DNA from: Somniosus microcephalus
Taxonomy: Eukaryota
Reading direction: 5' to 3'
DNA: 64,000 nucleotides
Assembly (NCBI GenBank): GCA_052327205.1
Contig: CM126214.1
Location: forward strand, 10,044,001 to 10,108,000
Shown here: in pieces, positions 60,062 through 64,000 of the stretch
Position numbering within the stretch: position 1 is the stretch's first letter
Layout of the letters: each line of letters opens with the position of its first letter
The notes under the pieces: generated by a model
Told to the model about the DNA's origin: nothing
Database searches by the model: none
The model's input: the letters and a program-made list of their open reading frames with translations, nothing else
Made by a program: the position numbers and the translations under genes

Positions 60062-62319
60062 GCCAGTAAGCCACTCAGTTGTACCAAACCGCTACGGCAA
60101 AGTAACTCCCTCCCTAACAGCACTGTGGGAGTACCTTCACCACACTGACTGCAGCAGTTCAAGAAGCTGGCTCACCACCACCTTCAAGGAAAATTAGGGA
60201 TGGGCAATAAATGCTGGTGACACCCACAACCTGTGAATGAACTAAAAATAGTGCATGCTGGAAATCTATAGGTGGTCAGTCAGCATCTTAAGAGGGAAAG
60301 GTAAATGTTTTGGGTGGCACGCATCAGGTTCTGAAATGTTAACTTTTCTCTTTCGGACTCTGATCAACATGCTTCTAGAATTTTCTATTTTTATTTCAGA
60401 TTTCCAGCTTTTACCGTAACCGGTTAGTTATGTTGTTTTTGGGGGAAGCTTTGTAGTTTCCCATTGACACAGCATCAGCATTATTAGAGATCATCGTACT
60501 GCTAAAGGGGACTATGTTATAAAGGGCCAAACACAGTGGGCAGAAGTTTGAATTTTCTTGGCCCAGATGCAAGTAAAGCAACGGTATTTGATCTGGAACT
60601 ATAGAAACTTTCTCCCCGCCTTCTCTCGAAGGCAGCAACTCTTGCTGGGATATGGCTCCACAGCTCTCCAGTATCCCTCTGCCAACAGTCACGGTCTAGG
60701 CTCGTGCGATTAGATTATCTGACTGTAGAGGACATCATCGAGTCCGATTGCATCCACAAGTGCATTTTCCAGCAGGAGTTGCTAGATACCGATCAGAGCA
60801 GAAACCCTGGGCAATATTTGTTCCCTCACCCGGAGGGCATCGAGACCAACTGTAATATCCCTGCTAACTGAAATGAGCAAGCTCTGTACAGATTGGCAGG
60901 GTATACAAACATTACTTTGCCATTGACATGGAGCATTGTAGCATAGTATATCTGTGGCTAGGGGTGGAAAATGCTTCGCTCCCCCTTCTCCATCAGTACT
61001 TTGCTGCTTTAATCTTACAGGTTGTCATCTATTTCATATTAGACAATGTTTCTGGGTTTAAAAAGGTTAAACAAAGCAAAAATAAAATGCTATTGGTGCA
61101 ATCATGCAGTGTGGTGTTCTCCGAACTCGAGGGCAGTGTGACAGGTTAGCATGCCGTCCCAGGGAGTTATCGTTTGGCCTTGAGACCATGATCCTCTACA
61201 GGGCGAGTTCCTCGCCTTGGCCACGCGGTTGGTATAGGGGACAGCAGAGGAGTGCAGGTTAGATGATTATTCAATGGAGGGAAGTGAAAAAATAATGCCT
61301 ATGGACAAACAATCTTGCAATGTTCTTACTCAACTATTTGTGGTTAAAGACAGGGTGCTAAATTCTCAAACTCAGCTATGTTACTTTAAGACAATAAGTG
61401 CAAGTCCCACACGGGCAGAGGGAAATTAGAGAGTTGCCTCTCACATCCACTATTGCACACCGTAAACCATTTTACACGAACTATTTAAGGTTGGATTCTG
61501 CGAGACTGGTCTGTGCGTGTCAGCATTTACACTACTAAATCTGGCCCTTTTATCCTTATTTGTAGGTCAAAGAAAAACTGGTTCTACAATTCTGCTACTG
61601 GAGGATGGGGATTGGATCTAGAAGTGTAAATGCTGGGATTTGGCTCACTGACTCTGATCTCTTGGATCCAACCTAAGCAACAGCAAGTATAAAATCAGCG
61701 TTGCAGTGGCCAGTTTACAGTGCCATTGGAATAGACCTAGATCAAGTCATTCATTTGCCTTCCTGTCAGCAATTTACATATAGACTGGGGAGAACAGTGT
61801 AATATTACCCTTAAATAAAAACAGATGACTCTCGAAGCTTAATGCCATAGCAACATTGTGTTTAGATTCAACTTAAGCAAACTCGGCCTCAATCTGATCT
61901 CTAAACTGCATTATATTCAGGTTCATTTGTGCACTTTGAAGTTGTGCTGGTGTAAAGCAGACCTGCTGCAGGATTGCTTTCCACACTAGCACTGATCTGA
62001 TGCATGTCAGTGCAACTTGGCAGTAAAATCAATGATGAAGTGCCATTACCATGTGTTGAATTCTCCACCCCATCTTTTCCTGATTTGTCCCATGTACATT
62101 CAATATATTAAATGTTGATTACTGCAAAGTCTCTATTTAACTGTAACATATGATCTAAATTTATTGTTTTGATTACTTTTCCAAGTCAGTTTGCTTCCTT
62201 TCTGTATCCAAAAGTAGTGCCTCTTATTAGGGTACCATTTCGCAGATACCAGTTACCCTCTGGAACCTCATATATGGCCACTCTTCAAATGTAAACATCA
62301 GCAGGCTATATGTCTGCTG

Positions 62320-62713
62320 AGGCTAAGGGGAGATTTAATTGAGGTGTTTAAAATTATGAGGGGCCTAGATAGAATGGATAGGAAGGACCTATTTCCCCTA
62401 GCAGAGGTGTCAATAACCAGGGGGCATAGGTTTAAAGTAATTGGTAGTAGGATTAGACGGGAGTGGAGGAGAAATCTTTTCACCCAGAGGGTGGTGGGGG
62501 TCTGGAACTCTCTGCCTGAAAGGGTGGTAGAGGCAGAAACCCTCATCGCATTTAAAAAGTACTTGGATATGCCCTTGAAGCGCTGTAACCTATAATGCTA
62601 TGGACCAAGAGCTGGAAAGTGGGATTAGGCTGGGGAGCTCTTTTTTTGGCCAGCACAAACACAATGGGCTGAATGGCCTCCTTCTGTGCCGTAAACTTGT
62701 ATGATTCTATGAT
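62320..62713 (+). mobile_element. CR1 3' fragment, same subfamily as 53800-54190
   Basis: FKIMRGLDR.DRKDLFPLAE…VWNSLPERVVEA, ending in a TATGATTCTATGA tail. Confidence 0.9.
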
Positions 62714-64000
62714 TGACCATAGGGTATCCCACTTTCCAGCAGGGGTCTGAGGATAGTAATCAGGGACAGGGACCCTGGAGGGTTTCCCCCCTGCCTGATC
62801 CAGTCCAACTGCTGAGGTCAGCTAACGCAATACAGAATCTGGGACCTTAGTGTCTGTATGGATTAATACTACCCAGGTGGTGCCTTTACCCACTAGGAAA
62901 TACAGCTGTCAGCAGAAAGCATATTGAACGCAAATGCAAAACTACTGTACTTTTACCTTGATAGGGGCAACATTATTGTACAGAATAAGCACAGCTTCAC
63001 TGTAACACATCCAAAATGTCAAAGCATTTAGGTTTCATGTTGTACTGTTTTTGTCCTTGTTAAAAAGAAATGGATATTAATTTTACCTGGGATTTTGTTG
63101 GGACTTATTCCACTTTCTACAAATCCAATAAATGGGCATGTAATTAAAACAGTCAAAGTACCTGGAGGGCAGAAAAGATGACTATGGAATGAAAACAAAC
63201 CTCGTCACTGCCTACTGAAAATATCTCTCAGGCACGCGATTGTCTTTCGGTTCACATTCCAGCTTTCACCTCAACAAGGTTTCTGCGACTATTAGTTACC
63301 AACTTTCATGAGTCACTTTCAGCCAGCTTTAAAGCTCGAGGGAGCATAGGATTATTTGCAGTAGGTGGAACACTGAACTCGATTACAATGTAAATGATTA
63401 ACTCTGAATTAAATTATATGACAGAAGTTATAATTTAGTTTTTCTTCTGAGTTTGTCTCTTCTTGAAAAAGGAGGTTGGGAGGGTGGGTAAGTGTGTGGT
63501 AGACATTTGTTAGTTTGTTTGTTTTTATTTCATCCTGAAGGCACAAACTGTGTGCTGGGATACCGGGGTAGATTTTCCTCTTGGAGGCCTTGGAACAGTG
63601 CTGGGAAACTGGAAAATCTTGCTAGAATACAAGATTTGGTCACTTGCAGCTGAGCATGATTTTCTTGCAGGTGTTTTAGACAAGCCTAGTGGTCACCAAA
63701 AAACAGCCAGACTTTATTTAATTCTAATGCATTTCAATTAAGCTTAACATGACTTTCCATTTACTTAGGGGAGGATTAAGATGGATACTCCCTTCGCCCA
63801 TCTGAGGCTTGCTGGTCTTTTTGTTTTGCAGCACATTTTTAATACAAGGCTTTATTAATTTTTGTTGGGATTTTGATGTGTTTTTTAGTTCTCTTGACAG
63901 TGCATAATGTTTGTTAAATCTAAAGTAGCTAACTATTGTCCACTTATTCACCAGAAATCCAGTTGCAATTAAAGTATTTACAAGATTTCAGCACAACAGG

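Noticed and set aside
60245-60410. Second Penelope-type remnant with a hammerhead
   Set aside because: Sequence resembles a decayed PLE repeat but has no intact CUGANGA/GAAA core.

Overview
Vertebrate genomic DNA, most likely a cartilaginous fish (shark), judging by its Deu-domain SINEs, HER1/CR1-type tails and Myb-bearing Harbinger derivatives. The only host protein-coding gene I can support is GNG7 (G-protein gamma-7, 68 aa) on the minus strand. Its coding exons are 43293-43373 and 19921-20046, separated by a 23.2-kb intron, and the ORF track misses both. The rest is intron, UTR or intergenic sequence dense in transposons: CR1 and L2 LINE fragments, SINEs, Harbinger/hAT/TcMar MITEs, a decayed Tigger transposase and a Penelope-like fragment carrying a hammerhead ribozyme core. 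The most striking structure is a ~4.4-kb non-autonomous Helitron-like element inside the GNG7 coding intron (30386-34810, same strand as GNG7). It carries a CpG-island promoter with duplicated CCAAT pairs and two exon-like segments, the second in frame with the last GNG7 exon, plus a ~3-kb 22-bp minisatellite; an assembly gap interrupts it. Other notable items are a candidate 5S-headed SINE with a Rex1-like tail, a near-intact 3-exon Myb/SANT gene in a Harbinger derivative, and an overlapping uORF at the GNG7 start. All calls are by eye and repeat boundaries are approximate unless termini are quoted.
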